Assembly: GCA_036770305.1 (NCBI GenBank) | Contig: DAIPJL010000001.1 | Location: 1,899-65,898 of the forward strand | Source: Bacteriovoracaceae bacterium | GTDB taxonomy: Bacteria; Bdellovibrionota; Bacteriovoracia; Bacteriovoracales; Bacteriovoracaceae | Direction of reading: 5' to 3' | Length of the DNA stretch: 64,000 nt | Shown here: positions 1 through 9,035 of the stretch, in pieces | How positions within the stretch are numbered: position 1 is the first letter of the stretch | Layout: every line of letters begins with the position of its first letter | Made by a program: the position numbers and the translations under genes | Notes under the pieces: generated by a model | Databases searched by the model: none | Seen by the model: only the letters and a program-made list of their open reading frames with translations | Told to the model about the DNA's origin: nothing

Positions 1-51
1 GACACGATTGGTTCCGTGGGCTGCGTCGCCATGGGACTGGTGATGAGGTAA
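1..51 (+). CDS. 3' end of a CDS entering from upstream, probably pilM
   Basis: Frame 1 is open from base 1 to TAA at 49-51 (...DTIGSVGCVAMGLVMR*). It lies 4 nt upstream of pilN-pilO-pilP-pilQ, where pilM normally sits. It is too short to identify by sequence alone. Confidence 0.4.
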   Translation, partial: DTIGSVGCVAMGLVMR

Positions 52-55
52 GCGG

Positions 56-649
56 ATGATTTGGGTTAACCTCAGCACGCAGAAGAAGCCCGTCGACCTC
101 GCCAACGTCGGCGGTTTCGACCTCTCGAAGCTGAACGTCAAGCTCGTCGTGATCGCCATCGTCACGCTCTACCTTCCGGACTTCCTGCTCGTCGATAGCC
201 TCCAGCAGACCCGCGCCACGGCCGAGGCGACGCTCGAGGAGCTCACCAAGAAGAAGGGCAAGCTGGCGAAAGAGGTCGCGGCGCTGAAGGACTTCGACGT
301 CGAGATCAATAGCCTCAACCGGAAGGAAGAGGAGCTCGCGAAGAAGCGCGAGATCGTGAAGGACATCCTCACGACGAAGAAGAACCCGTGGAGCATCCTC
401 GTCTACGTGTCGAAGAACATCCCGCCGGAGGCCTGGCTCACGGAGATCACCTACGAGGATTCGAAGATCAAGCTGAAGAGCATCTCGAGTGACTACACCA
501 GCCAGGGGGTCTTCCTCGAGAACCTCAAGAAGTCCGTCTTCTTCGACAAGGACATCACCTTCACGAAGACCGACCTCGCCACTGACAACCCCGAGCTCCA
601 GGGCTACGCGCCCTTCGAGATGGTCGCCAAGATCGTGAGGTTTGAGTGA
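56..649 (+). CDS. pilN: Type IV pilus assembly protein PilN
   Basis: 197 aa. Single N-terminal TM helix (VKLVVIAIVTLYLPDFLL), then a coiled-coil and a C-terminal alpha/beta domain. First gene of the N-O-P-Q order. Its stop overlaps the pilO start. Confidence 0.8.
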   Translation: MIWVNLSTQKKPVDLANVGGFDLSKLNVKLVVIAIVTLYLPDFLLVDSLQQTRATAEATLEELTKKKGKLAKEVAALKDFDVEINSLNRKEEELAKKREIVKDILTTKKNPWSILVYVSKNIPPEAWLTEITYEDSKIKLKSISSDYTSQGVFLENLKKSVFFDKDITFTKTDLATDNPELQGYAPFEMVAKIVRFE

Positions 650-1302
650 AAGAACTCCTCTCCAAATTCCTGGCGCAGCTCCACGTCATCATCTTCCTCT
701 ACGCGGCGTGGTCGGTGTACAGCCTCTACGACGAGCACAACACGAACCTCGCCTCCATCGAGGAGCAGTTCCCGTCGCTGCAGGAGGAGATCGAGGCTTC
801 CGAGAAGAAGCTCAGCAAGATCGACGAGTACCGGAAGAACCGCGAAGAAGCCGAGCTCCGCGTGCGCGAGGTCTTCAGCTCCATCGACAGCCTCCAGAAG
901 CAGCTCCCGCAGGAAGTGAACGACCTCGAGGTCCTCGACTTCCTCACGAAGGAGGCGCGGGCGCTGAACATCATGGACTTCCAGATCAACCCGCTGCCGG
1001 AACAGAAGATGGGCTTCTACATCTCGAAGCCCTACTCGATCAAAGGCAAGGGGACCTTCCTCCAGTTCCTCGTGTTCCTCGAGCGCATCGACTCCGCGGA
1101 GCGCCTCTTCAACGTCAAGAAGCTCGCGCTCCTTTCGGGCCTCGAGCTCCAGAAGTCGCGCTTCCGGGTCATCGACGTCGACCTCGTCATCGACACCTTC
1201 AAGTACAACAGTGCGCACACGGAAACGCTCGGGATCAAAGAGGCAGAGCCCGCCGGGGCGCAGCCGGCGCCGCGGCCTCGCTCAAGAAGGGGGCGTGAGT
1301 GA
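646..1302 (+). CDS. pilO: Type IV pilus assembly protein PilO
   Basis: 218 aa. N-terminal TM helix (LHVIIFLYAAWSVYSLY), coiled-coil and PilO-like C-terminal domain. 4-nt overlaps with both pilN and pilP. Alternative-frame ORF 642-1298 rejected. Confidence 0.8.
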   Translation: MKELLSKFLAQLHVIIFLYAAWSVYSLYDEHNTNLASIEEQFPSLQEEIEASEKKLSKIDEYRKNREEAELRVREVFSSIDSLQKQLPQEVNDLEVLDFLTKEARALNIMDFQINPLPEQKMGFYISKPYSIKGKGTFLQFLVFLERIDSAERLFNVKKLALLSGLELQKSRFRVIDVDLVIDTFKYNSAHTETLGIKEAEPAGAQPAPRPRSRRGRE

Positions 1303-1772
1303 AACGCGACACATTCCTACTGGTCACCGGTCTCCTGATCGCCCAGCTGGCGGCTCCGAACACGGCGCGGGCGCAGCGGCGCGCCGCCGATCTTTTCCGC
1401 GACAAGACCTCGATCGAAAATCCGCTGGACCTGCGGGACCCCTTCAAGCCACCCCTCCGGCGCGTGGCCCGAGACCGCGGCGGACGCCAGTCCCGCGGCG
1501 CCAATGGCGTCTACACGAACATCGCCCGCATCGGCGACGTCGACACGCGGGCGCTCATGGTGGTGGGGGTGATCATGGGTAAGGAGCGCTACGCGATCGC
1601 GAAGGTCACCGGAAAAGAAGGCGTCTTCAAGCTCACGGAGGGCATGCGCCTCGGCGCCGACAACGCAGAGTTGAAGGCGATCCACCCCGGCGGGATCATA
1701 CTGGTGGAGAAACTTGTGAACGTCTACGGCGAGGAAGAATACTTGGAGACAGTCATTCCAATCTCGAAGTAG
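1299..1772 (+). CDS. pilP: Type IV pilus assembly protein PilP
   Basis: 157 aa. Signal peptide, RDPFKPP motif typical of PilP, C-terminal beta domain. Positioned between pilO and pilQ. Confidence 0.75.
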   Translation: MKRDTFLLVTGLLIAQLAAPNTARAQRRAADLFRDKTSIENPLDLRDPFKPPLRRVARDRGGRQSRGANGVYTNIARIGDVDTRALMVVGVIMGKERYAIAKVTGKEGVFKLTEGMRLGADNAELKAIHPGGIILVEKLVNVYGEEEYLETVIPISK

Positions 1773-1823
1773 AATTGAACCAACGACGCGAGGGATTTCT
1801 CCCCGCACTCAAAAGAGCGCGCT

Positions 1824-3674
1824 ATGAAAAACGGATTTTTCATTTTTGCCCTGTTGCTCCTCGCCTCCCTCGAGGCCCGTGCCCAGGCGATCAAATCAGT
1901 CAACTTCCTCCAGGTCGGCGACATCAGCAAGTTCGTCATCGAGCTCGACAAGCCGGCGATCGCTGAGCGCTTCCACGTCCAGGAAGACAAGCAGATCATC
2001 CTCGACATCAAGGGCGTCACGGCCGACAAGAAAATGCTCCGCGGGATCAACACCTCGGAGTTCGAAGGCGCTACCGTCTACATCTCCGGCTACCCCAAGC
2101 CGGGCTCCGAGAAAGACATCCGCTTCGCGGTCCAGCTGCGCGACAACGTGCGCTCGCTCCTCGAGTCCCAGGAGAACAAGATCGTCCTGAGCATCGAGAA
2201 CCGCTTCGGCGTCTTCTCGCGGAAGACCGTTGCGAACTCCGACGGCTTCGCCACCATGGCACAGGCGGACGCGGCGGCCGCGACGGCGGGGAAGAAGCCC
2301 GACCCGAAGGGCCCCGGCGAGCGCGAAGACTCGGTGAAGATCAACATCCCGAAGTCCACGACAGTGGAGGACATCCTCGAGAACCTCACGCTCGCCGGGC
2401 CCAAGCGCTACGTCGGCAAGCGCATCTCGATCTACGTCCGCGAGGTTCCGATCGCCGACATCCTCGAGATGATCGCCGAGACCTCGGGCTTTAACATCAT
2501 CATCGACTCGGAGGTCGCGGCGCTGCCTCCGCTCACGCTAAGCCTCACGAACATCCCCTGGGACCAGGCCCTGGACACCGTGTTCTCGATCGCGAAGCTC
2601 GTCGCCTCGAAGAACTCGAACATCCTGTCGATCCGCACGAAGGCGAAGGCGCAGACCGAGCGCGAGGCGGAGCTGAAGGCGGAGGCCATGAAGGCGAGCC
2701 TCGAGCCGCTCGTCACGAAGGTCTTCCCCTTGAGCTACGCGATCATGGCGGACCTCAAGAAGATCCTCGAGGGCTACATCACCAAGCGCGGTTCCATGGC
2801 CGACGACCCCCGCACGAACAGCCTCATCATTCAGGAGACCATCGGGAACATCGAGCGCGTGAAGAAGATCATCGAACTCCTCGACACGCAGACGCCGCAG
2901 ATCCTCATCGAGTCGAAGATCGTCGAGGCGACGGAGAACTACGCGAAGAAGATCGGCCTGTCGAACGGCATCTCTTTTGGCTACGACCCGGTCCTCCAGG
3001 GCCCCATCACGAACGTGGGTCCCGGGTTCAGCTTCTCCACCGCCGGCGGAAACGCCGAAGCCGGCCAGAGCGCCTTCGGCCTCAACATCCAGTCCTTCAA
3101 GCGCCTGGCGAACCTCAACGTCGCGCTCGAGCTCATGGAGAGCGAGTCGAAGGTCCGCATCGTGACGGCGCCGAAGATCGTCACGCAGAACAAGCGCGAG
3201 GCCACCATCACGAGCACGGACACGACGAGCTTCCAGGTGCAGACGGCGCAGCCGGGGGCGCCGCCGCTGATCACCTTCCAGCAGATCCCGGTCGCGCTTT
3301 CGCTCAAGGTGACGCCGCAGGTGACGAACGAGGGCTCGATCAACATGGCCGTCACCGTGAACAAGGGTTCTTTCGGCCCGCGGCCACCGGGCGCAGCTCT
3401 CGCGCCGCCGAACACCACCGAGCGCCAGCTGACGACGAACGTGCTCGTGGAGAACGGCTCGACGATCGTGCTGGGCGGCCTGTATAGCACCGAGACTTCC
3501 GAGAACCACCAAGGGATTCCATTCCTGAAGGACCTCCCGCTGGTCGGCTGGCTCTTCCGGACTCCGCACAACCCGCAGACGGCGCGCACCGAGCTCCTGA
3601 TCTTCCTTACTCCTCGAGTGATCAATCAGGAAGAGGCGGGCCTGGTCAATCGTTCCAGCGCGCCGACGCTCTAG
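1824..3674 (+). CDS. pilQ: Type IV pilus secretin PilQ
   Basis: 616 aa. Signal peptide, AMIN-like N-terminal domain, N0/N1 domains. C-terminal secretin core (VLVENGSTIVLGGLY...IPFLKDLPLVGWLFR...TELLIFLTPRVI). Confidence 0.93.
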   Translation: MKNGFFIFALLLLASLEARAQAIKSVNFLQVGDISKFVIELDKPAIAERFHVQEDKQIILDIKGVTADKKMLRGINTSEFEGATVYISGYPKPGSEKDIRFAVQLRDNVRSLLESQENKIVLSIENRFGVFSRKTVANSDGFATMAQADAAAATAGKKPDPKGPGEREDSVKINIPKSTTVEDILENLTLAGPKRYVGKRISIYVREVPIADILEMIAETSGFNIIIDSEVAALPPLTLSLTNIPWDQALDTVFSIAKLVASKNSNILSIRTKAKAQTEREAELKAEAMKASLEPLVTKVFPLSYAIMADLKKILEGYITKRGSMADDPRTNSLIIQETIGNIERVKKIIELLDTQTPQILIESKIVEATENYAKKIGLSNGISFGYDPVLQGPITNVGPGFSFSTAGGNAEAGQSAFGLNIQSFKRLANLNVALELMESESKVRIVTAPKIVTQNKREATITSTDTTSFQVQTAQPGAPPLITFQQIPVALSLKVTPQVTNEGSINMAVTVNKGSFGPRPPGAALAPPNTTERQLTTNVLVENGSTIVLGGLYSTETSENHQGIPFLKDLPLVGWLFRTPHNPQTARTELLIFLTPRVINQEEAGLVNRSSAPTL

Positions 3675-3683
3675 GAGCCCGCG

Positions 3684-4724
3684 ATGGCACCGAGGCGCCC
3701 AGCCACCGCACTGCTGAGCAAGTACCTGGAGCAGTACCGCCGGCAGCCCGCGTCGCGGGTCTTCGCGCCGCTGGCGGAAGCGTACCGCAAGCTGGGTATG
3801 CTCGACGAAGCCCTGCAGGTGCTGCGCGACGGCCTGCGGAGGCATCCGAACTACGTGCTTGGTTACCTCGTGCTCGCGCAGTGCTACGCGGATCAGCGCA
3901 AGCACGAAGCCGCCTACCAGACGCTCATGCCGCTGGCGCCGAAGAACCTCGACAACCATTCGCTGCAGCGGCTCTTCGCGCAGACCTGCCTCGAACTCGG
4001 CTACCTCGACGAGGCCCTCGAGACCTTCAAGTACCTTCTCTTCCTCAATCCGCGGGACCCCTTCTACGCGGAGAAAGTGCGCACCCTGGAAGACGATCTC
4101 CAGCGCCGGACGATCATCAAGCCGCAGTCCGCGCTCAAGAAGGCGCCGGGCCACACGCCGGTGTCCGAGAGCCTCGAGGAAGACTGGGCGATGGTCGACT
4201 TCGCCGGGAGAGACACTGCGCCCGCGGCGAGCACGGACGAAGACCAGTGGACCATGCGCACGACTGTGCCGCAGGAGCAGCGCGCTCCCCAGCCCTCGCT
4301 GCCGGACGAGTGGAAGATCATGGAGCGCTCCATCGACGACGATTTCTTCAGCGACGAAGAGGTCGAGCCGGAGGACGCCGAAGCTCCGGTGGCGGCGGAC
4401 GCGGCGCCGCTGGCGTCGCACACGCTCGTGGACCTCTACCTCGCACAGAACCACCTCGCGCCGGCGATCGATCTCCTCGAGAGCTTCCTGCAGCAGAACC
4501 CGAACGACCAGCGTTCGCGCGCGCGCCTCGCCGAACTCAGAGGGCAGCCGAGTCCAGCGGTGGAACGTCTTCCTGACGCCGAAGCGGAGTCGGGCCACGA
4601 CGTGCTCATGCGCATGATCGAAGAAGAAGTGCACGCTCCTCTCGGACAGAAGATGGAGCGCGCGTATCGGCTCTTCCTCCAGCACATCCAGCTCACCGCA
4701 GACGAGAAGAGGGGCCATGGCTAA
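3684..4724 (+). CDS. TPR-repeat protein (function unknown, co-directional with the pil genes)
   Basis: 346 aa. N-terminal TPR-like repeats (AEAYRKLGMLDEALQVL..., AQCYADQRKHEAAYQTL...). Acidic low-complexity centre. No signal peptide. Confidence 0.7.
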   Translation: MAPRRPATALLSKYLEQYRRQPASRVFAPLAEAYRKLGMLDEALQVLRDGLRRHPNYVLGYLVLAQCYADQRKHEAAYQTLMPLAPKNLDNHSLQRLFAQTCLELGYLDEALETFKYLLFLNPRDPFYAEKVRTLEDDLQRRTIIKPQSALKKAPGHTPVSESLEEDWAMVDFAGRDTAPAASTDEDQWTMRTTVPQEQRAPQPSLPDEWKIMERSIDDDFFSDEEVEPEDAEAPVAADAAPLASHTLVDLYLAQNHLAPAIDLLESFLQQNPNDQRSRARLAELRGQPSPAVERLPDAEAESGHDVLMRMIEEEVHAPLGQKMERAYRLFLQHIQLTADEKRGHG

Positions 4725-5145
4725 AAGATTCTTAGTGCTCAACGGCCCGAACCTGAACCTCCTCGGAACGCGCGAACCCGAGGTCTACGGAAGCTTCACC
4801 CTCGCGGAACTCGAGGAGTACACGTCGCAGCGTCTCGCAACGCATTCGGTGCAGCTCGAATGGAAGCAGTCGAATCATGAAGGTGATTTAGTGCAATGGA
4901 TTCAAGATGCCGCTTCGCAGAACTTTGCTGCGGTCATCCTTAATCCCGGTGGCTATTCGCACACATCCGTGGCCATTCATGACGCAATAAAAAGTGTGAA
5001 AATTCCAGTGATTGAAGTTCACCTCTCGAATGTCTATCGGCGCGAAGGGTTCCGACAGACTTTATTGACGGCAAAGGCCTCGCTGGGCATAATGAGCGGG
5101 CTCGGAAAAGACGCCTACTGGCTTGCCGTTATGTCGCAACTCTAA
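4717..5145 (+). CDS. aroQ: Type II 3-dehydroquinate dehydratase
   Basis: 142 aa. FLVLNGPNLNLLGTREPEVYG N-terminus and HLSNVYRRE motif are characteristic of AroQ. Confidence 0.93.
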   Translation: MAKRFLVLNGPNLNLLGTREPEVYGSFTLAELEEYTSQRLATHSVQLEWKQSNHEGDLVQWIQDAASQNFAAVILNPGGYSHTSVAIHDAIKSVKIPVIEVHLSNVYRREGFRQTLLTAKASLGIMSGLGKDAYWLAVMSQL

Positions 5146-5158
5146 AAGGAAGCCCTTC

Positions 5159-5725
5159 ATGTACCAGACAACTGACTTTCGCAAAGGTCTCAAGATTGAG
5201 CTCGAGGGAAAACCGTACCTCATCGTGGAATTCCAACACGTCAACCCAGGTAAGGGCTCGGCTTTCGTGCGCACGCGCCTCAAGAACCTCGAGACCAACC
5301 AAGTCATCGAGAAGACCTTCAAGGCCGGCGTGGACACCGCCGGCAAGCCGGACATGGAAGAGCGCGAGATGGAGTTCAACTACTCCGACATGGACGGCTT
5401 CAATTTCATGGAGCAGTCCACCTTCGAGATGATCCACCTCTCGAACGAGCAGGTCGGCGACTACAAGTACTACCTCCAGGAAGGCATCAAGGTCTTCGTG
5501 CTCTACTACAACGGCCGCCCGATCGCCATCGAGGTGCCGAACTTCGTGAACCTCAAGGTCGTCAGCACGGACCCGGGCCTCAAGGGAGACACGGCTTCCG
5601 GCGGCAGTAAGAAAGCGATCATGGACACGGGCCTGCAGGTCAACGTCCCGCTCTTCATCAAAGAGGGCGAAGTCCTGAAGATCGACACGCGCACTGGCGA
5701 ATACATCGAACGAGCAAAGGTTTAA
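5159..5725 (+). CDS. efp: Elongation factor P
   Basis: ATG at 5159 gives MYQTTDFRKGLKIELEGKPYLIVEFQHVNPGKGSAFVRTRLKNL, a canonical EF-P N-terminus. The track start at 5123 overlaps aroQ and adds 12 non-conserved residues. Confidence 0.95.
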   Translation: MYQTTDFRKGLKIELEGKPYLIVEFQHVNPGKGSAFVRTRLKNLETNQVIEKTFKAGVDTAGKPDMEEREMEFNYSDMDGFNFMEQSTFEMIHLSNEQVGDYKYYLQEGIKVFVLYYNGRPIAIEVPNFVNLKVVSTDPGLKGDTASGGSKKAIMDTGLQVNVPLFIKEGEVLKIDTRTGEYIERAKV

Positions 5726-5729
5726 TCCC

Positions 5730-6200
5730 ATGGCCATCGACATGAAAGGTCTCAAAGACTTCGTCAAACTCGCGAAGGACTCCGGCGCTTCGGAGCTCGT
5801 CTACGAAACCAAGACCATCAAGCTAAAGGTGAACTTCGGCGCCACCGGGCCGGTGGTCATGAGCACTCCGAGCTACGCTGCTCCCGCAGCCGCAGCGCCG
5901 GCGCCGGCCGCTGCTCGCGCCGCCGCGGTGGAAGCCCCGAAGGCTGCCGCGGATGCGAACCTCCACGTGATCAAATCTCCCTTCGTGGGAACCTTTTATT
6001 CTTCACCTGCGCCGGGCAAGCCCGTTTACGTGAAGGTCGGCGATAAGGTGAAGGCCGGCCAGACCCTCTGCGTGCTCGAAGCCATGAAGATCATGAACGA
6101 GATCGACGCGGACGCCGCGGGGGAGATCGTCGAGATCTGCGTGGATAACGAGAGCCTCGTCGAGTATGGCCAACCGCTCTTCAAGATCAAGCGCGCATGA
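5730..6200 (+). CDS. accB: Acetyl-CoA carboxylase biotin carboxyl carrier protein
   Basis: 156 aa. Ala/Pro-rich linker and biotinylation motif CVLEAMKIMNEI. Confidence 0.93.
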   Translation: MAIDMKGLKDFVKLAKDSGASELVYETKTIKLKVNFGATGPVVMSTPSYAAPAAAAPAPAAARAAAVEAPKAAADANLHVIKSPFVGTFYSSPAPGKPVYVKVGDKVKAGQTLCVLEAMKIMNEIDADAAGEIVEICVDNESLVEYGQPLFKIKRA

Positions 6201-7552
6201 GCTCGGTGAAGGTGTTCACGAAAGTCTTGATCGCGAACCGCGGCGAGATCGCCGTGCGCATCATCCGGTCGTGCCGAGAGCTCGGAATCCAAACGGTCGC
6301 CGTCCACTCGACCGCGGATGAAGACAGCCTGCACGTGAAGATGGCCGACGAGTCCGTCTGCATCGGCCCAGCGAAGAGCGCGCAGAGCTACCTGAACATT
6401 CCGCAGCTGCTTTCCGCCGCCGACATCACCGGCGCGGACGCCATTCATCCGGGCTACGGCTTCCTCTCCGAAGACGACGAATTCTCCGAGATGTGCGCGA
6501 AGTGGGGCATCACCTTCATCGGGCCCTCACCCGAGTGCGTGCGCAAGATGGGTGACAAGATCGAGTCGAAGATCCTCGCGCGGGAAGCCGGCGTTCCGAC
6601 GCTCGAGCCGATCTACGTGAAGGGCAAGTCCCTCGACGAGGTGAAGGCCGAGGCCCGCAAGATGGGCTACCCGATCCTCATCAAAGCGTCGGCCGGCGGC
6701 GGCGGCCGCGGCATGAAGCGCATCGAGAGCGAAGCCGAGCTCCCGGACACGCTCGCGCGCCTCGAGGTCGAAGCGAAGAACGCCTTCGGCGACGGCACGC
6801 TCTTCATCGAGAAGTACATCCAGAATCCTCGCCACGTGGAGATCCAGATCCTCGCGGACAAGCACGGTAACGTGCTTCACCTCGGCGAGCGCGACTGCAC
6901 GATCCAACGGCGCTTCCAGAAGATCCTCGAGGAGAGCCCGTCGCCGGTGCTCCCGGAGAAGACGCGCGAAGAGATGTGCGCGGCTTCCATCCGCCTCGCG
7001 AAGGCGGTGAAGTACGACTCCGTCGGCACCGTCGAGTACCTCTACGACCAGGACGACGGCAAATTTTACTTCATGGAGATGAACACGCGCATCCAGGTCG
7101 AGCACCCGGTGACCGAGCAGCGCACTGGCATCGACCTGATCGCCGAGCAGATCCGTGTGGCCATGGGCCACGAGCTGAAACTCCGACAAAAAGACATCAC
7201 TTTCCGTGGCCACGTCATCGAATTCCGCATCAACGCGGAGGATGGCCGGACGGGCATGCCCTCGCCGGGGTTGATCACGCATTATCACAGACCTGGCGGC
7301 CTGGGTGTGCGATCAGACGACTTTATTTATACGGGATATACCGTACCGCCCTACTACGACTCGATGGTTTCCAAGGTCATCGTCACCGCCGACAGCCGCG
7401 AGAAGTGTCTCGCGCGGGGGATGCGCGCGCTCACCGAAATCGTCGTGTCTGGTATCCAGACGAACATCGATCTGCACAAAAAAATCATCACGGATAAGGA
7501 CTTTGTGGAGAACCGATATTCCACAAATTTTCTCACGAAACTTCTCGAATAA
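6197..7552 (+). CDS. accC: Acetyl-CoA carboxylase biotin carboxylase
   Basis: 451 aa. KVLIANRGEIAVRIIR N-terminus, ATP-grasp core, EMNTRIQVEHPVTE motif. ATGA overlap with accB. Confidence 0.96.
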   Translation: MSSVKVFTKVLIANRGEIAVRIIRSCRELGIQTVAVHSTADEDSLHVKMADESVCIGPAKSAQSYLNIPQLLSAADITGADAIHPGYGFLSEDDEFSEMCAKWGITFIGPSPECVRKMGDKIESKILAREAGVPTLEPIYVKGKSLDEVKAEARKMGYPILIKASAGGGGRGMKRIESEAELPDTLARLEVEAKNAFGDGTLFIEKYIQNPRHVEIQILADKHGNVLHLGERDCTIQRRFQKILEESPSPVLPEKTREEMCAASIRLAKAVKYDSVGTVEYLYDQDDGKFYFMEMNTRIQVEHPVTEQRTGIDLIAEQIRVAMGHELKLRQKDITFRGHVIEFRINAEDGRTGMPSPGLITHYHRPGGLGVRSDDFIYTGYTVPPYYDSMVSKVIVTADSREKCLARGMRALTEIVVSGIQTNIDLHKKIITDKDFVENRYSTNFLTKLLE

Positions 7553-7598
7553 AGTATAATGAATTCAGGATGTTGGGCAACCCCAGGAGGGGGTTATC

Positions 7599-9035
7599 AT
7601 GGATCATTACGAGGAAGCTCGGAAAGCTTTCGATGAGCGCCGCTACCTCGAGGTGTTGGCACACCTCGAACGACTCGGTCGCGAGCTCACCGCGCACGAG
7701 GCCTGCGAAGTTTCGCGGCTGAATTTTTTATCCGCCAGGGCCCTCGGCGATCGCGAAGCGTGGCGACTGCTCAAGGCGTGGGTCGCGCGCATCGAGGACG
7801 GTGCCCACGCGCTAGAGGTCGCCAGCGAACACCTCGCGCTCGTGCCCGCGGAGCACCTCGAGTTCTACCACGAGCTCTGCGCGAGAATTTTTTTTCAGCG
7901 CGGAGAGCTCGGCCGCGCCTGCGCGTCCGCGAAGCGCCACATCGATCTGCTCTTCAGTAAGAAGGCCCTCCCGCAGCTCGCGGCAGCGACCGAGAAGTAC
8001 CGCCGTCAGTTTCCGCATGAGTTGAGCTTGCTCTTCACGGCGCTCTCGGTGGCGGCGCTCGCCGGTGATCCCGCCCGCGCGACCGAGAGCTACCAGGAAC
8101 TGCAGGAAACCGTCCGGCGCCGCTGGCACAAGCTCGAGGGCATCGGAACTCACACGCGCGCGGAGGTGCTGGCGATGGCCACACAGGCCGTCGAGCAGCT
8201 GGACACGAGCTCCGGCGAGGCGGTGATCCTGCAGAGCTACGCGCTGCTCTGTCAGCGGCTGCAGGAGCGACGGCGTCTCTCGGCGAGTGAGTGGAAGAAG
8301 CTCCTCGAGCTCGTGGTCTACGACGCGAACTGGCGCCACCTCAAACTCGCGCTCGAGCACGCGCTCCTCGCCGAAGACTCCGAGCTGGCCACGGAAGTTC
8401 TCCGTCAGCTGAAGCTGAAGCCCGGTTTCTCCGTCGTGAAGCTCACGCGCTTCGACGCGCACATCCGCGACTTCTATTTCTCGCGCAAACCCCAGGCCGA
8501 AGCTCCGGCCTACCGGTCGCCGCTCACCGCCGAGGACCTGCGACTGACAGAAAACGCGCCGACCCCGGTGGCCACCTCCGTCGCCGATCCGGAGGTCCCC
8601 GACGAAGAGCTGAAGACCATCGAGCTCAATGCGATCAGCCAGATCGCCCACGTGGCACCGCCGGTCGACGTTCTCTTCGAGCTTGTCATCACCTACAAAA
8701 CTCTCGGGTTTCAGCGGGTGACCGGCTGGATTCTGCGCCGTCTCAGCAGCGGCGTCGACCTCTCGGAGAAGCAGCGGAAGAAGCTGGCCTACCTCAGCGT
8801 GATCCACTCGATCGACTGCGGCCAGGACTACCACGCGCTCGCCGTCCTCGAGGAACTGCTGGGGGACTCCGCGCTCGGCCTCGACGAACTCAAGGAGCTC
8901 AAGTACGTGCAGGGGAGCGTCTACCAGCGGCTCGGCTTCACCGCAGAAGCCGCCGCGGCCTACGCGGTGGTCGCCGCACTGGACCCGGCCTACCGTCGCC
9001 TCTCGGAAAGGATCGCAAGCCTTGGCCCGCGTTAA
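7599..9035 (+). CDS. Hypothetical helical-repeat (TPR-like) protein
   Basis: 478 aa. High GC3 in this frame. All-helical repeat-like sequence with a TPR-like C-terminus (YVQGSVYQRLGFTAEAAAAYAVVAALDP). No recognisable catalytic motif. Confidence 0.6.
   Translation: MDHYEEARKAFDERRYLEVLAHLERLGRELTAHEACEVSRLNFLSARALGDREAWRLLKAWVARIEDGAHALEVASEHLALVPAEHLEFYHELCARIFFQRGELGRACASAKRHIDLLFSKKALPQLAAATEKYRRQFPHELSLLFTALSVAALAGDPARATESYQELQETVRRRWHKLEGIGTHTRAEVLAMATQAVEQLDTSSGEAVILQSYALLCQRLQERRRLSASEWKKLLELVVYDANWRHLKLALEHALLAEDSELATEVLRQLKLKPGFSVVKLTRFDAHIRDFYFSRKPQAEAPAYRSPLTAEDLRLTENAPTPVATSVADPEVPDEELKTIELNAISQIAHVAPPVDVLFELVITYKTLGFQRVTGWILRRLSSGVDLSEKQRKKLAYLSVIHSIDCGQDYHALAVLEELLGDSALGLDELKELKYVQGSVYQRLGFTAEAAAAYAVVAALDPAYRRLSERIASLGPR

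Noticed and set aside
642-1298. Alternative-frame 218-aa ORF overlapping pilO
   Set aside because: It is on the same strand but out of frame. Its Pro/Arg/Gly-rich sequence has no TM helix, whereas the 646-1302 frame has PilO architecture and overlap junctions with pilN and pilP.
2538-4742. 734-aa minus-strand ORF spanning pilQ and the TPR gene
   Set aside because: It is antisense to two well-supported genes. Its composition is dominated by Arg, Leu, Glu, Val, Asp and Ala, as expected from reading GC3-rich codons backwards. It has no motifs. Long stop-free antisense frames are an artefact of the high GC content.
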